Shown: positions 38,683 to 49,071 of the stretch, one piece after another
Layout: each line of letters opens with the position of its first letter
Position numbering within the stretch: the stretch's first letter is position 1
Assembly: GCA_047285535.1 (NCBI GenBank)
Contig: JBJBDC010000001.1
Location: forward strand, 2,144,136 to 2,208,135
DNA from: Synechococcus sp.
GTDB taxonomy: Bacteria; Cyanobacteriota; Cyanobacteriia; PCC-6307; Cyanobiaceae
Direction: 5' to 3'
Length of the DNA: 64,000 bases
The notes under the pieces: generated by a model
What the model was told of the DNA's origin: nothing
Database searches by the model: none
The model's input: the letters and a program-made list of their open reading frames with translations, nothing else
Made by a program: the position numbers and the translations under genes

Positions 38683-38796
38683 GCCATGGCCTGAAATTCA
38701 GACCAGATTACGCAAGGCAATCCAACGGACCAAACAAGAGGATGGAACGCTGACCAACAACAATGGTGTGTATCGCTGTTTGCACCGCCACAACCG

Positions 38797-41379
38797 ATGC
38801 TGAGCACCTATCGCGAGAACGCCAAGGAACGGGAAAACCAGGGCATCCCGCCGCTTCCTCTTGATGCCGCTCAGACCCAGGCCTTAACGGAACTTCTGCA
38901 GAAGCCACCAGCGGGGGAGGAGCAGACCTTGCTGCACCTCTTAACTGAGCGCATTCCTCCCGGCGTGGATGAAGCGGCCTACGTCAAAGCAACCTGGTTG
39001 AGTGCAGTCGCCCAAGGCAAAGCGTCCAGTCCATTGGTAACCCCATTGGAGGCGGTTCGCCTGCTTGGAACCATGGTGGGTGGGTACAACGTGGCCGCAC
39101 TGATCGAACTTCTGAAGCATCCGGACGAGGCGCTTGCAAGCTGTGCCGTTCAAGGGCTGAGCAGCACCCTCTTGGTCTACGACGCTTTCAATGATGTGAT
39201 GGAGCTGGCCGCCAGTAACCGATACGCCAAACAGGTTGTTGATAGCTGGGCTGCAGCTGAATGGTTTACAAGGCGGGATCCCCTCGCACAAGAAATCACC
39301 GTCACTGTCTTCAAGGTTGATGGCGAAACCAACACAGACGACCTATCCCCAGCCACTCATGCGACCACGCGTCCAGACATCCCTTTGCATGCACTGGCGA
39401 TGTTGGAAACCCGTGATCCAGAGGGACTCAACACCATCGAAACCCTGAAGAAGCAAGGTCATCCCGTTGCCTATGTGGGCGATGTGGTCGGAACTGGAAG
39501 CTCTCGAAAAAGCGCGATCAACTCTGTGCTCTGGCAAACCGGTAATGACATCCCCCACGTGCCCAACAAACGCGCCGGCGGAGTGATCATTGGCGGCAAG
39601 ATTGCGCCAATCTTTTTCAACACCGCCGAAGATTCAGGCGCCCTACCGATTGAGTGCGATGTCAGCGATCTGAACACCGGGGATCTGATCACGATTCGCC
39701 CTTACGACGGCACGATCGAACGCGATGGCGCGGTGATCAGCCGATTTGAACTCAAGCCGAGCACGATCAGCGATGAAGTGCGTGCTGGCGGACGCATCCC
39801 ACTGATGATTGGCCGCGCTCTCACCGACAAGGTGCGCAGCCAACTTGGACTCTCCCCCTCTGAAACGTTCATCAGGCCTAGCGCTCCTGCCGACACGGGC
39901 AAAGGCTTCACCCTGGCTCAAAAGATGGTGGGTAAAGCCTGCGGTCTTCCAGGCGTTCGTCCCGGCACCAGCTGTGAACCGCTGATGACCACCGTTGGCA
40001 GTCAAGACACCACTGGGCCCATGACCCGGGACGAAATGAAGGAGTTGGCCTGTCTGGGATTTTCCGCCGATTTGGTGATGCAGAGCTTCTGCCATACCGC
40101 TGCTTACCCCAAACCAGTGGACCTGCAGACCCAGAAGGAGCTGCCTGATTTCTTTGCCCAACGCGGCGGTGTCGCCCTACGCCCCGGTGACGGCATCATC
40201 CACAGCTGGCTAAATCGCATGCTGTTGCCCGACACCGTGGGCACAGGGGGTGACAGTCATACCCGTTTCCCACTCGGCATTTCCTTCCCAGGGGGTTCCG
40301 GGGTGGTGGCTTTTGCTGCAGCGATAGGGGCGATGCCACTTGACATGCCCGAATCAGTGCTGATCCGATTCAGCGGCTCTCTTCAATCGGGGGTCACACT
40401 CCGTGATGTCGTGAATGCAATCCCCTGGGTCGCAATCCAAAAGGGCCTGCTCACCGTGGAAAAAGCCAACAAGAAGAACGTCTTCAATGGCCGGATCATG
40501 GAAATTGAAGGGTTACCAGATCTGAAACTGGAACAGGCCTTCGAGCTCACGGACGCCACGGCCGAACGCTCCTGCGCCGGTTGCACGATCAAACTCTCCG
40601 AAAGCACGGTGAGTGAATATCTGAGCAGCAATGTTGCCCTGCTCAAAAACATGATTGCGCGCGGCTACAGCGATGCCCGCACCCTGGCGCGACGGATCAA
40701 GGTGATGGAGGACTGGCTGGCCAACCCCCAACTCCTTCAAGCCGATGACGACGCTGAATACGCCGAAGTGATTGAGATCAATCTGGATGAGCTCACCGAG
40801 CCCGTCCTCGCCTGCCCGAACGATCCCGACAACGTCAAACTGCTCAGCGAAGTGGCGGGCGAAGCCATTCAAGAGGTCTTCATCGGCTCTTGCATGACCA
40901 ACATCGGCCACTACCGCGCCGCGGCCAAAGTGCTCGAAGAGGCCGGCGACATTGCTGCCAGGCTCTGGGTTTGTCCGCCCACACGCATGGATGAGGACAT
41001 GCTCAAGCAAGAGGGCTACTACGCCACCTTTGAAGCAGCCGGCAGCCGCATGGAAATGCCAGGCTGCTCGCTCTGCATGGGCAATCAAGCCCGGGTCGGT
41101 GACAACACCAACGTGTTCTCCACCAGCACCCGCAACTTCAACAACCGGCTGGGCAAAGGCGCACAGGTCTTCCTGGGCAGTGCCGAATTAGCCGCTGTCT
41201 GCGCCCTGCTTGGGCGCATTCCCACACCGGATGAATACCAACGGATCGCCGCTGAAAAAATCGACCCACTCTCCGCAGAGCTCTACCGCTATCTCAACTT
41301 CGATCAGATCGATCACTTCGTTGAACAGGGACAGGTGCTGAGCGCTTCGGAACAAGCGGAGGTCATGGCCGGCGCCTAA
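38797..41379 (+). CDS. acnB: Aconitate hydratase B
   Basis: [57 protein letters not shown]. Confidence 0.99.
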   Translation: MLSTYRENAKERENQGIPPLPLDAAQTQALTELLQKPPAGEEQTLLHLLTERIPPGVDEAAYVKATWLSAVAQGKASSPLVTPLEAVRLLGTMVGGYNVAALIELLKHPDEALASCAVQGLSSTLLVYDAFNDVMELAASNRYAKQVVDSWAAAEWFTRRDPLAQEITVTVFKVDGETNTDDLSPATHATTRPDIPLHALAMLETRDPEGLNTIETLKKQGHPVAYVGDVVGTGSSRKSAINSVLWQTGNDIPHVPNKRAGGVIIGGKIAPIFFNTAEDSGALPIECDVSDLNTGDLITIRPYDGTIERDGAVISRFELKPSTISDEVRAGGRIPLMIGRALTDKVRSQLGLSPSETFIRPSAPADTGKGFTLAQKMVGKACGLPGVRPGTSCEPLMTTVGSQDTTGPMTRDEMKELACLGFSADLVMQSFCHTAAYPKPVDLQTQKELPDFFAQRGGVALRPGDGIIHSWLNRMLLPDTVGTGGDSHTRFPLGISFPGGSGVVAFAAAIGAMPLDMPESVLIRFSGSLQSGVTLRDVVNAIPWVAIQKGLLTVEKANKKNVFNGRIMEIEGLPDLKLEQAFELTDATAERSCAGCTIKLSESTVSEYLSSNVALLKNMIARGYSDARTLARRIKVMEDWLANPQLLQADDDAEYAEVIEINLDELTEPVLACPNDPDNVKLLSEVAGEAIQEVFIGSCMTNIGHYRAAAKVLEEAGDIAARLWVCPPTRMDEDMLKQEGYYATFEAAGSRMEMPGCSLCMGNQARVGDNTNVFSTSTRNFNNRLGKGAQVFLGSAELAAVCALLGRIPTPDEYQRIAAEKIDPLSAELYRYLNFDQIDHFVEQGQVLSASEQAEVMAGA

Positions 41380-41398
41380 CAACCATCCGCGCAAAGCC

Positions 41399-42808
41399 AT
41401 GAATGCCTTAAGCGAACTAAAAGCAAAACGAGATCAGTTGGGGTCGAGTCGGAGCATCCGCCGGCTGCTTGAACGCCGCTGGCTAGTGGTCGTGCTCGCC
41501 TTGATGCTCACGGGGCTTGGCGCAGCGCTCACTGGAGTGATGTTCAAGGTGGGCATCAAGGCTTTAGGCACCTGGCGCCTGGAACTACTGGCAGACCTTC
41601 CCGCATGGGCTGTTCTGCCTGGATTAGGCGCAACGGGCGGTTTGGTGTCCGGATTGCTGGTCTCCCGGCTCGCACCAGCCGCAGGAGGTTCAGGAATCAC
41701 CCACATCATGGGCTTCTTGAAACATCGGGCCGTACCGATGGGGCTCAATGTGGGCTTGGTCAAACTGATGGCTGGAATTGTCGCGATCGGCAGTGGCTTC
41801 CCGTTGGGACCAGAAGGTCCCGCCGTTCAGATGGGGGGCTCGGTGGCCTGGCAGATGGCTCGATGGTTGAAAGCACCCGTTGCGTTTCGCCGGGTGATTG
41901 TGGCGGCAGGTGGTGGTGCAGGAATTGCCGCTGTCTTTCACGCCCCCATTGGCGGATTTTTCTACGCCATTGAGGAGCTTCTCCATTCCGCACGGCCAGT
42001 GGTGTTGCTTCTGGTGATCGTCACAACCTTCTGGGCCGACGCCTGGGCTGATGTCTTGGGACTAGCGGGTTTAAGCACGGGTGGCGGCGGGCTGGACACA
42101 GCCCTTGGGTTCCAGCTGGAGAAGGAATACGAGCCCTTGGTGAGTTTTCTGCCCATCGATCTGGGCTACCTGATCGGCTTGGGTGTGGTGGTGGGGGTCT
42201 TAGCCGAGCTGTATTGCCGCTATGTCCTTGCAATGCAGAAACAAGGTCATCGATGGTTCGGCAACCGCCTCGTTCTGCGTATGGTGATCAGCGGCGCCGT
42301 CTTAGGTGCCGTCTATGCATGTCTACCCTCCGATTTTCATAACTTAGAAGGCTTACAACACCTCATCGCTGATGGGAAGGCTGATATTCCGATGGCACTA
42401 GGCACGTTTGTTGTGCTCTTTTTCAGCACTGGATTGGCCGCCGCATCAGGAGCCCCTGGGGGCCTATTTGCCCCCATGCTGACGCTCGGTGGAGCCATCG
42501 GCCTCGCCTGTGGGATCTGGGTGGAAGCACTCACCGGCCACGTTCCAAGCACCTATGTCTTTGCTGGGATGGGAGCCTTTGTAGCTAGCTGTTCACGCAC
42601 CCCTATCACAGCGATGTTTTTGGCCTTCGCCCTAACGAAAGATTTGCTTGTTTTAAAACCTATCCTGGTCGCTTGCTTAGCGAGTTTTCTGATCGCACGC
42701 TTATTTGATCACCGCTCGATCTATGAGCGACAAATGGAACTGGGATTACTAGCAGAAGATCAACTCCAATCCCAAACAGAAACTCGAGGAGGAGTTCACC
42801 ATGAATAG
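41399..42808 (+). CDS. ClC family H+/Cl- exchanger
   Basis: GGSGI, LGPEGP, AGGGAG, FYAIEE, PGGLFAP, SIYE signatures. Confidence 0.94.
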   Translation: MNALSELKAKRDQLGSSRSIRRLLERRWLVVVLALMLTGLGAALTGVMFKVGIKALGTWRLELLADLPAWAVLPGLGATGGLVSGLLVSRLAPAAGGSGITHIMGFLKHRAVPMGLNVGLVKLMAGIVAIGSGFPLGPEGPAVQMGGSVAWQMARWLKAPVAFRRVIVAAGGGAGIAAVFHAPIGGFFYAIEELLHSARPVVLLLVIVTTFWADAWADVLGLAGLSTGGGGLDTALGFQLEKEYEPLVSFLPIDLGYLIGLGVVVGVLAELYCRYVLAMQKQGHRWFGNRLVLRMVISGAVLGAVYACLPSDFHNLEGLQHLIADGKADIPMALGTFVVLFFSTGLAAASGAPGGLFAPMLTLGGAIGLACGIWVEALTGHVPSTYVFAGMGAFVASCSRTPITAMFLAFALTKDLLVLKPILVACLASFLIARLFDHRSIYERQMELGLLAEDQLQSQTETRGGVHHE

Positions 42809-43088
42809 GATCGCTCGATTCAAGGCCAGGCATTTCAAAAACCAAAGCCCAAAACAGCAAAACCAAGCCACGAAGAGCGAGCATTGACTTTGCAAAGTCA
42901 GCAGAGCCTCCCCTAATAGATCAAGACTGATTATTACGTAGCAGCACTGCATCAAAAGCCCTTAACCACCAAGACACCGAAGCAGAACACAGAAGAGATT
43001 GACTAAGTAGCTTTAACTCAAATATAAAGAAATTAGCCACATAAGTCCTACCCATGCAAAGCTTTGCTAATTGCAGTATTGATCCACA

Positions 43089-46000
43089 ATGGATCTCTCC
43101 ATTCCTTGGCTAGACGAGCTACTCAATCGTTCTCTCGCAAGAAGGAATAGCTTCAGAAGAAGGTCACCTAAAGAACGATTAGACGAAACGTCAAAGTTCC
43201 CCTGGAAGGCGGAAGGAACCAATTCGTTGACTGAAGAGAAAATCACAGAAAACTACGAAGTTACCAATAAAATAAATAGATCGATTGAAATTAAATACAA
43301 AAAGGAAACCTCGATATCTGCTCACACCTTTCTAAGCAATTTAAACAAACAGACAGCCTGGTCATACAAAGGCGAATCAAAGCCCAGTTTCGATACATCC
43401 AACTTTAGCAAGGCAATTACCGAAGCAAGCAATTCTTCTAAAGAAGAGAGTTTTCAAACACCAAATAACGAGCTTCCTGGTGGCAATAATTTCAGTGAAG
43501 AAAGCTCATGCTTTTGCCCTTCATGTTCACGACTAAATCTATTCAGTGAAGGCAGCGATGTCTTAAAGGCATTAGCTCCACAAGAAACTCCACGCTATAC
43601 AACTCTTAGCGACAAGATCAACTTTGAAAATACGTTTTTCTTGCACAGCAATCACCGAGCAAATCATACAATTTATCTCGATTTCGACGGATTTTCTATC
43701 AATAGCACACCATGGGAGAACGGCGGCTCGATGAGTCTTAACCCGTTTTATGCCGATCTAGATTCATCTGAAGCAAAAGCAGAAATACAATATATTTGGA
43801 ATCGAGTATCCGCGGACTTTGCTCCTTTTAACATCAATGTTACAACAGAAGAGCCTGATATTGAAGACTTAAAAAATAGTGGAGGAGGTGACCAGAGATG
43901 GGGAATACGAGTAGCCCTAACATCTAATCAAAACCGCGATAATCTCGATTTTTATGGTAATCCGCGGGAGATTACTAATGCCGGAGGAGGAGGAACTGCA
44001 TTTTTCAACAGCTTTAATTGGTCAACTGATGATGTAGCACTAGTCTTTAATCAAGGCGAATATGCGGCATCTGAAACAGTAAGCCACGAAGTAGGTCATG
44101 CTTTAAACTTAAGACATGATGGGACAAACAGGAGAACAGATAACCCAACCTATTATGAAGGCCATGGGACTGGCCAAGTCTCATGGGCGAGCATTATGGG
44201 AGCGTCATTTATTGGTGATGACGAAAACGTAACAACCTGGTCCAAAGGTGAATACAACGATGCAAATAATCTCGAGGATGATCTTTCAATCATCACATCT
44301 GGCAATGGATTTGGATACCGAACTGATGATCATGCCAACGAATTCAATCTAGCAAGTAGCCTGAATTACTCAGAGATTAATCCTCTCAACCCAAGCGAAA
44401 CGAACATTCTCACTCACGGCATAATCGAAACGAATGATGATATTGATTACTTCACTTTCCAGACAAGCAGTGGATTCATAAATCTAGATATCTCCAATAC
44501 GACAACCGCATACATATCAGATGGTAGTGGAAATTATGAAAGCCAGTATCTCAATCCCCGAGGGGCGAATCTTGATATTTCAGCAACATTGTATGATAGT
44601 AGCTGGGGGTTGGTAGCAACTAGCAATCCAAACAACTTTCTCAGTGCAGGTTTTGACAACCTTGCCTTAGACGGGGGAACTTACTTTCTAACAGTTGAAG
44701 GGGTTGGCACTGGGGATCCATTTAACGCAAACCCTACCGGCTACACATCATATGCAAGCCTCGGCGAGTATCTAATCAATGGATCTGTAGTCACAACAGA
44801 GGCCAACTTACGCCTTACTCCAATAGACAGTATCAAAACCGAAGGGAACGAAGGAGTCACGACATTCAGATTCGATATTCTTTTAAGTGAGGCTCGACAA
44901 AATCAAGTCACCGTAGACTGGAGTGTATCAGGAAATAATTCATCCAATGCAGCAGACTTTGTTAACGGGTTGCAATTTGGAACAGCAGTAATTAACGCGG
45001 GAGAAACAAGAGCAGAGGTCGAAGTCTACGTACAGGGAGATAGAGAAATCGAGGATGATGAAACATTTTTAGTTGAAATCAGTAATGCACGCGACAGCGA
45101 AGGTGATTCTATTGAGTTGATTACAAGTTCGGCCATAGCCACCATCGAAGCTGATGACGCCGAAATCCGAGGACGCGCCTGGAAAGATCTGAATGAAAAC
45201 GGCGCTGTTGATGAAAACGAAAGAGGTCTTGAGGGTATAAAGGTTTTTATCGACACTAACCTCAATAACCAATTAGACCCAGAAGAACTTTTCACTTTAA
45301 CCAACGAGCAAGGAGATTATAGCTTCCTAGTTAATCCAGGTTCTTACAGTATCTCTACTGATCTAGACTACAACCAAACGCAAACATTTCCATCGGGCTA
45401 TAGCTCAGAAGTAGAACCAGACAGCTTCACACAAGGGACTGTACTCAATTCAATTAATGAATTAGCCGTACTCAGTGCCGTTGGATCAAGCATCAGCAAT
45501 CAAGATGTTACCGCCCTAGCACAAGATTACGTCTCCACAGGAACGTTAGGCCTAAGCAGCTCCTGGAATGGAGGACTTTGGAATACTGGGAATGCAGAGC
45601 TACGCGTTGACTTTGCATTACCAACAGATGAAGTAAGAATCGACTTCATTTCAGATGACAGTTCAGATTTTGGGCATATGCGGGCATATGACTCCAGCAG
45701 TAATCTTCTAGAAGAATATGTGACACAGGATTTGGGTACAGGCATCGTGGAAACGATGACGATCTCCAGAACTAATCCTGAAATCGCGTATATCCTGGCA
45801 TCAGGCAAAGATGGACAATTTGGATATCTAGATAACCTTCGATTCTCCAGTCAGTCTGGAGATAGTCCATCAATTGAAGTAACAGTTGGAGCAGAGATTT
45901 CAATCAACAATGATTTTGGAATTGCTGTTGCAACGCCTCCCACCATTGCCATCTCCTCCAGTTCGTCTTCTCTAGAAGTCGGTCAAACTGCCCTCATCTC

Positions 46001-48995
46001 TTTTTCTCTCTCAGAAGAGTCCTCTGATTTCACACTCGCTGATATCTCCGTTTCCAACGGTTTCCTCTCGGATTTCTCTGGTTCTGGTTCCTCATACACA
46101 GCTGTTTTTTCTCCTGACAGCAGCGGCGCCACACAAGCATCCATCTTCGTTGCAAGTAACACCTTCTCCGATGCCTCTGGCAACTTCAATCAAGATGGTA
46201 ATGAGGCCAATAATTCTCTCACTTTCTCTATTACTCCGCCCCCTGATACCACTCCTCCCACCATTGCCATCTCCTCCAGTTCGTCTTCTCTAGAAGTCGG
46301 TCAAACTGCCCTCATCTCTTTTTCTCTCTCAGAAGAGTCCTCTGATTTCACACTCGCTGATATCTCCGTTTCCAACGGTTTCCTCTCGGATTTCTCTGGT
46401 TCTGGTTCCTCATACACAGCTGTTTTTTCTCCTGACAGCAGCGGCGCCACACAAGCATCCATCTTCGTTGCAAGTAACACCTTCTCCGATGCCTCTGGCA
46501 ACTTCAATCAAGATGGTAATGAGGCCAATAATTCTCTCACTTTCTCTATTACTCCGCCCCCTGATACCACTCCTCCCACCATTGCCATCTCCTCCAGTTC
46601 GTCTTCTCTAGAAGTCGGTCAAACTGCCCTCATCTCTTTTTCTCTCTCAGAAGAGTCCTCTGATTTCACACTCGCTGATATCTCCGTTTCCAACGGTTTC
46701 CTCTCGGATTTCTCTGGTTCTGGTTCCTCATACACAGCTGTTTTTTCTCCTGACAGCAGCGGCGCCACACAAGCATCCATCTTCGTTGCAAGTAACACCT
46801 TCTCCGATGCCTCTGGCAACTTCAATCAAGATGGTAATGAGGCCAATAATTCTCTCACTTTCTCTATTACTCCGCCCCCTGATACCACTCCTCCCACCAT
46901 TGCCATCTCCTCCAGTTCGTCTTCTCTAGAAGTCGGTCAAACTGCCCTCATCTCTTTTTCTCTCTCAGAAGAGTCCTCTGATTTCACACTCGCTGATATC
47001 TCCGTTTCCAACGGTTTCCTCTCGGATTTCTCTGGTTCTGGTTCCTCATACACAGCTGTTTTTTCTCCTGACAGCAGCGGCGCCACACAAGCATCCATCT
47101 TCGTTGCAAGTAACACCTTCTCCGATGCCTCTGGCAACTTCAATCAAGATGGTAATGAGGCCAATAATTCTCTCACTTTCTCTATTACTCCGCCGCCCCC
47201 AACCCTGAGCATCAGTGCAGACGCGTCTGCACAACCAGAAGGTGCTCCCGGAGACATAACAACATTCCTCTTCACTGTCACACGCACAGGCGATACCTCC
47301 AGCTCAAGTTCTGCTGAATACACCGTTGCAGGTTCAGGCAGCATCCCAGCCAATACTCAAGATTTTTCTGGTAATTCTTTCCCATCTGGTGTCGTCAACT
47401 TTGCCGCCGGTGAAATCACTCAAACCATCCCCATCGAGGTTGATGGTGACAGCATCCTCGAGCAAGACGAAACTTTCTCGGTCACCCTCACCTCTCCCAC
47501 AAACGCATCCATCTCCCCCTCTAACGCTTCTGCTATAGCCACCATCTCCAATGACGACTCTCCTCCTCAAACGAGCATTCTTTTTGAAGAAACCTTCGAA
47601 GACTCCGCAACCTGGGAAAGCAATTGGGGTTTAGATCCCCTCACTGGCTGGCAACAATCCAGTCGAAGAGCCACCGAAGGCACTTGGTCCGGTGAAGTGA
47701 ATGGAAATGTGAACAATGGAAGCATAACTTCTTTGGCTATTGACCTCAGTGGTAATTATTCCTCAGCAACACTGAATTTTGACTGGCGAATTCAGCGCAA
47801 TTTAGATAATAATGAATTCGTATCTTTAGACATCTCTAATGACAATGGAGACTCTTGGACACAAGATATACGGACTTTACGCGGCAATATTGACCCTGAA
47901 AACCTCTGGATCCAAGAAACTCTTGACCTTACAAGCTTTATAGGCAGCCAAGAAGTTCTGATTCGCTTCCGTGGCACAATGAATGGTGAGAGAGAGAGAG
48001 TCAATGTTGATGCCATCAGAGTCACAGCAGAAAATATAATTAACGGTATAGCTCCAACCCTGAGCATCAGTGCAGACGCGTCTGCACAACCAGAAGGTGC
48101 TCCCGGAGACATAACAACATTCCTCTTCACTGTCACACGCACAGGCGATACCTCCAGCTCAAGTTCTGCTGAATACACCGTTGCAGGTTCAGGCAGCATC
48201 CCAGCCAATACTCAAGATTTTTCTGGTAATTCTTTCCCATCTGGTGTCGTCAACTTTGCCGCCGGTGAAATCACTCAAACCATCCCCATCGAGGTTGATG
48301 GTGACAGCATCCTCGAGCAAGACGAAACTTTCTCAGTCACCCTCACCTCTCCCACAAACGCATCCATCTCCCCCTCTAACGCTTCTGCTATAGCCACCAT
48401 CTCCAATGACGACTCTCCTCCTCAAACGAGCATTCTTTTTGAAGAAACCTTCGAAGACTCCGCAACCTGGGAAAGCAATTGGGGTTTAGATCCCCTCACT
48501 GGCTGGCAACAATCCAGTCGAAGAGCCACCGAAGGCACTTGGTCCGGTGAAGTGAATGGAAATGTGAACAATGGAAGCATAACTTCTTTGGCTATTGACC
48601 TCAGTGGTAATTATTCCTCAGCAACACTGAATTTTGACTGGCGAATTCAGCGCAATTTAGATAATAATGAATTCGTATCTTTAGACATCTCTAATGACAA
48701 TGGAGACTCTTGGACACAAGATATACGGACTTTACGCGGCAATATTGACCCTGAAAACCTCTGGATCCAAGAAACTCTTGACCTTACAAGCTTTATAGGC
48801 AGCCAAGAAGTTCTGATTCGCTTCCGTGGCACCATGAATGGCAGAAATGAACGCGCTAACGTCGACGACATCAATATATCCGCCACAAGCGGGAGCATTA
48901 ACGGCCAACTAAGAAGCGAGAATTTCGAAGATAGTCAAAACAGGATTGATGATTTACTTGAAGTCGTGAAACCTTTGTCTGATACATTCTTTTAA
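43089..48995 (+). CDS. Giant (1968 aa) modular metzincin metalloprotease / putative surface adhesin: Zn-protease, PPC-like, Calx-beta, SdrD B-like, 4x Ig-like, 2x (Calx-beta + jelly-roll)
   Basis: HEVGHALNLRH (44085-44117) plus SIMG Met-turn; DIDYFTF; GDREIEDDETF; WKDLNENG..KVFIDTNLN..TNEQGDYSF; exact DNA repeats. Confidence 0.85.
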   Translation: MDLSIPWLDELLNRSLARRNSFRRRSPKERLDETSKFPWKAEGTNSLTEEKITENYEVTNKINRSIEIKYKKETSISAHTFLSNLNKQTAWSYKGESKPSFDTSNFSKAITEASNSSKEESFQTPNNELPGGNNFSEESSCFCPSCSRLNLFSEGSDVLKALAPQETPRYTTLSDKINFENTFFLHSNHRANHTIYLDFDGFSINSTPWENGGSMSLNPFYADLDSSEAKAEIQYIWNRVSADFAPFNINVTTEEPDIEDLKNSGGGDQRWGIRVALTSNQNRDNLDFYGNPREITNAGGGGTAFFNSFNWSTDDVALVFNQGEYAASETVSHEVGHALNLRHDGTNRRTDNPTYYEGHGTGQVSWASIMGASFIGDDENVTTWSKGEYNDANNLEDDLSIITSGNGFGYRTDDHANEFNLASSLNYSEINPLNPSETNILTHGIIETNDDIDYFTFQTSSGFINLDISNTTTAYISDGSGNYESQYLNPRGANLDISATLYDSSWGLVATSNPNNFLSAGFDNLALDGGTYFLTVEGVGTGDPFNANPTGYTSYASLGEYLINGSVVTTEANLRLTPIDSIKTEGNEGVTTFRFDILLSEARQNQVTVDWSVSGNNSSNAADFVNGLQFGTAVINAGETRAEVEVYVQGDREIEDDETFLVEISNARDSEGDSIELITSSAIATIEADDAEIRGRAWKDLNENGAVDENERGLEGIKVFIDTNLNNQLDPEELFTLTNEQGDYSFLVNPGSYSISTDLDYNQTQTFPSGYSSEVEPDSFTQGTVLNSINELAVLSAVGSSISNQDVTALAQDYVSTGTLGLSSSWNGGLWNTGNAELRVDFALPTDEVRIDFISDDSSDFGHMRAYDSSSNLLEEYVTQDLGTGIVETMTISRTNPEIAYILASGKDGQFGYLDNLRFSSQSGDSPSIEVTVGAEISINNDFGIAVATPPTIAISSSSSSLEVGQTALISFSLSEESSDFTLADISVSNGFLSDFSGSGSSYTAVFSPDSSGATQASIFVASNTFSDASGNFNQDGNEANNSLTFSITPPPDTTPPTIAISSSSSSLEVGQTALISFSLSEESSDFTLADISVSNGFLSDFSGSGSSYTAVFSPDSSGATQASIFVASNTFSDASGNFNQDGNEANNSLTFSITPPPDTTPPTIAISSSSSSLEVGQTALISFSLSEESSDFTLADISVSNGFLSDFSGSGSSYTAVFSPDSSGATQASIFVASNTFSDASGNFNQDGNEANNSLTFSITPPPDTTPPTIAISSSSSSLEVGQTALISFSLSEESSDFTLADISVSNGFLSDFSGSGSSYTAVFSPDSSGATQASIFVASNTFSDASGNFNQDGNEANNSLTFSITPPPPTLSISADASAQPEGAPGDITTFLFTVTRTGDTSSSSSAEYTVAGSGSIPANTQDFSGNSFPSGVVNFAAGEITQTIPIEVDGDSILEQDETFSVTLTSPTNASISPSNASAIATISNDDSPPQTSILFEETFEDSATWESNWGLDPLTGWQQSSRRATEGTWSGEVNGNVNNGSITSLAIDLSGNYSSATLNFDWRIQRNLDNNEFVSLDISNDNGDSWTQDIRTLRGNIDPENLWIQETLDLTSFIGSQEVLIRFRGTMNGERERVNVDAIRVTAENIINGIAPTLSISADASAQPEGAPGDITTFLFTVTRTGDTSSSSSAEYTVAGSGSIPANTQDFSGNSFPSGVVNFAAGEITQTIPIEVDGDSILEQDETFSVTLTSPTNASISPSNASAIATISNDDSPPQTSILFEETFEDSATWESNWGLDPLTGWQQSSRRATEGTWSGEVNGNVNNGSITSLAIDLSGNYSSATLNFDWRIQRNLDNNEFVSLDISNDNGDSWTQDIRTLRGNIDPENLWIQETLDLTSFIGSQEVLIRFRGTMNGRNERANVDDINISATSGSINGQLRSENFEDSQNRIDDLLEVVKPLSDTFF
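45936..47194 (+). repeat. Tandem 318-bp repeat, about 4 copies (106-aa bacterial Ig-like domain)
   Basis: Unit CCTCCCACCATTGCC... starts at 45936, 46254, 46572, 46890; no differences seen by eye. Confidence 0.97.
47199..48841 (+). repeat. Direct duplication with 855-bp period (about 47199-47986 vs 48054-48841)
   Basis: Both copies begin CCAACCCTGAGCATCAGTGCAG; only two synonymous differences noticed (47480/48335, 47978/48833). Confidence 0.95.
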
Positions 48996-49071
48996 CAAAG
49001 ATCAGATTTTCAGCCAAATAATCTAGAGGTCTTTCATGAATTGATCGCATGCGTGTAATTGATATATCAAG

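Noticed and set aside
40513..41088. Long antisense ORFs over acnB, ureC, ureG, moaA, dnaK, argG and mraY
   Set aside because: Expected shadow frames of GC-rich conserved genes, with no independent motifs.
45983..47143. Four identical 68-aa minus-strand ORFs
   Set aside because: Antisense shadows of the coding repeats.
45936..47194. Tandem repeats as a CRISPR array
   Set aside because: Units are 318 bp, in frame inside a CDS, have no unique spacers, and no cas genes are present.
42809..49071. Mobile element around the giant gene
   Set aside because: No transposase, integrase, tRNA target, terminal inverted repeats or flanking direct repeats seen.
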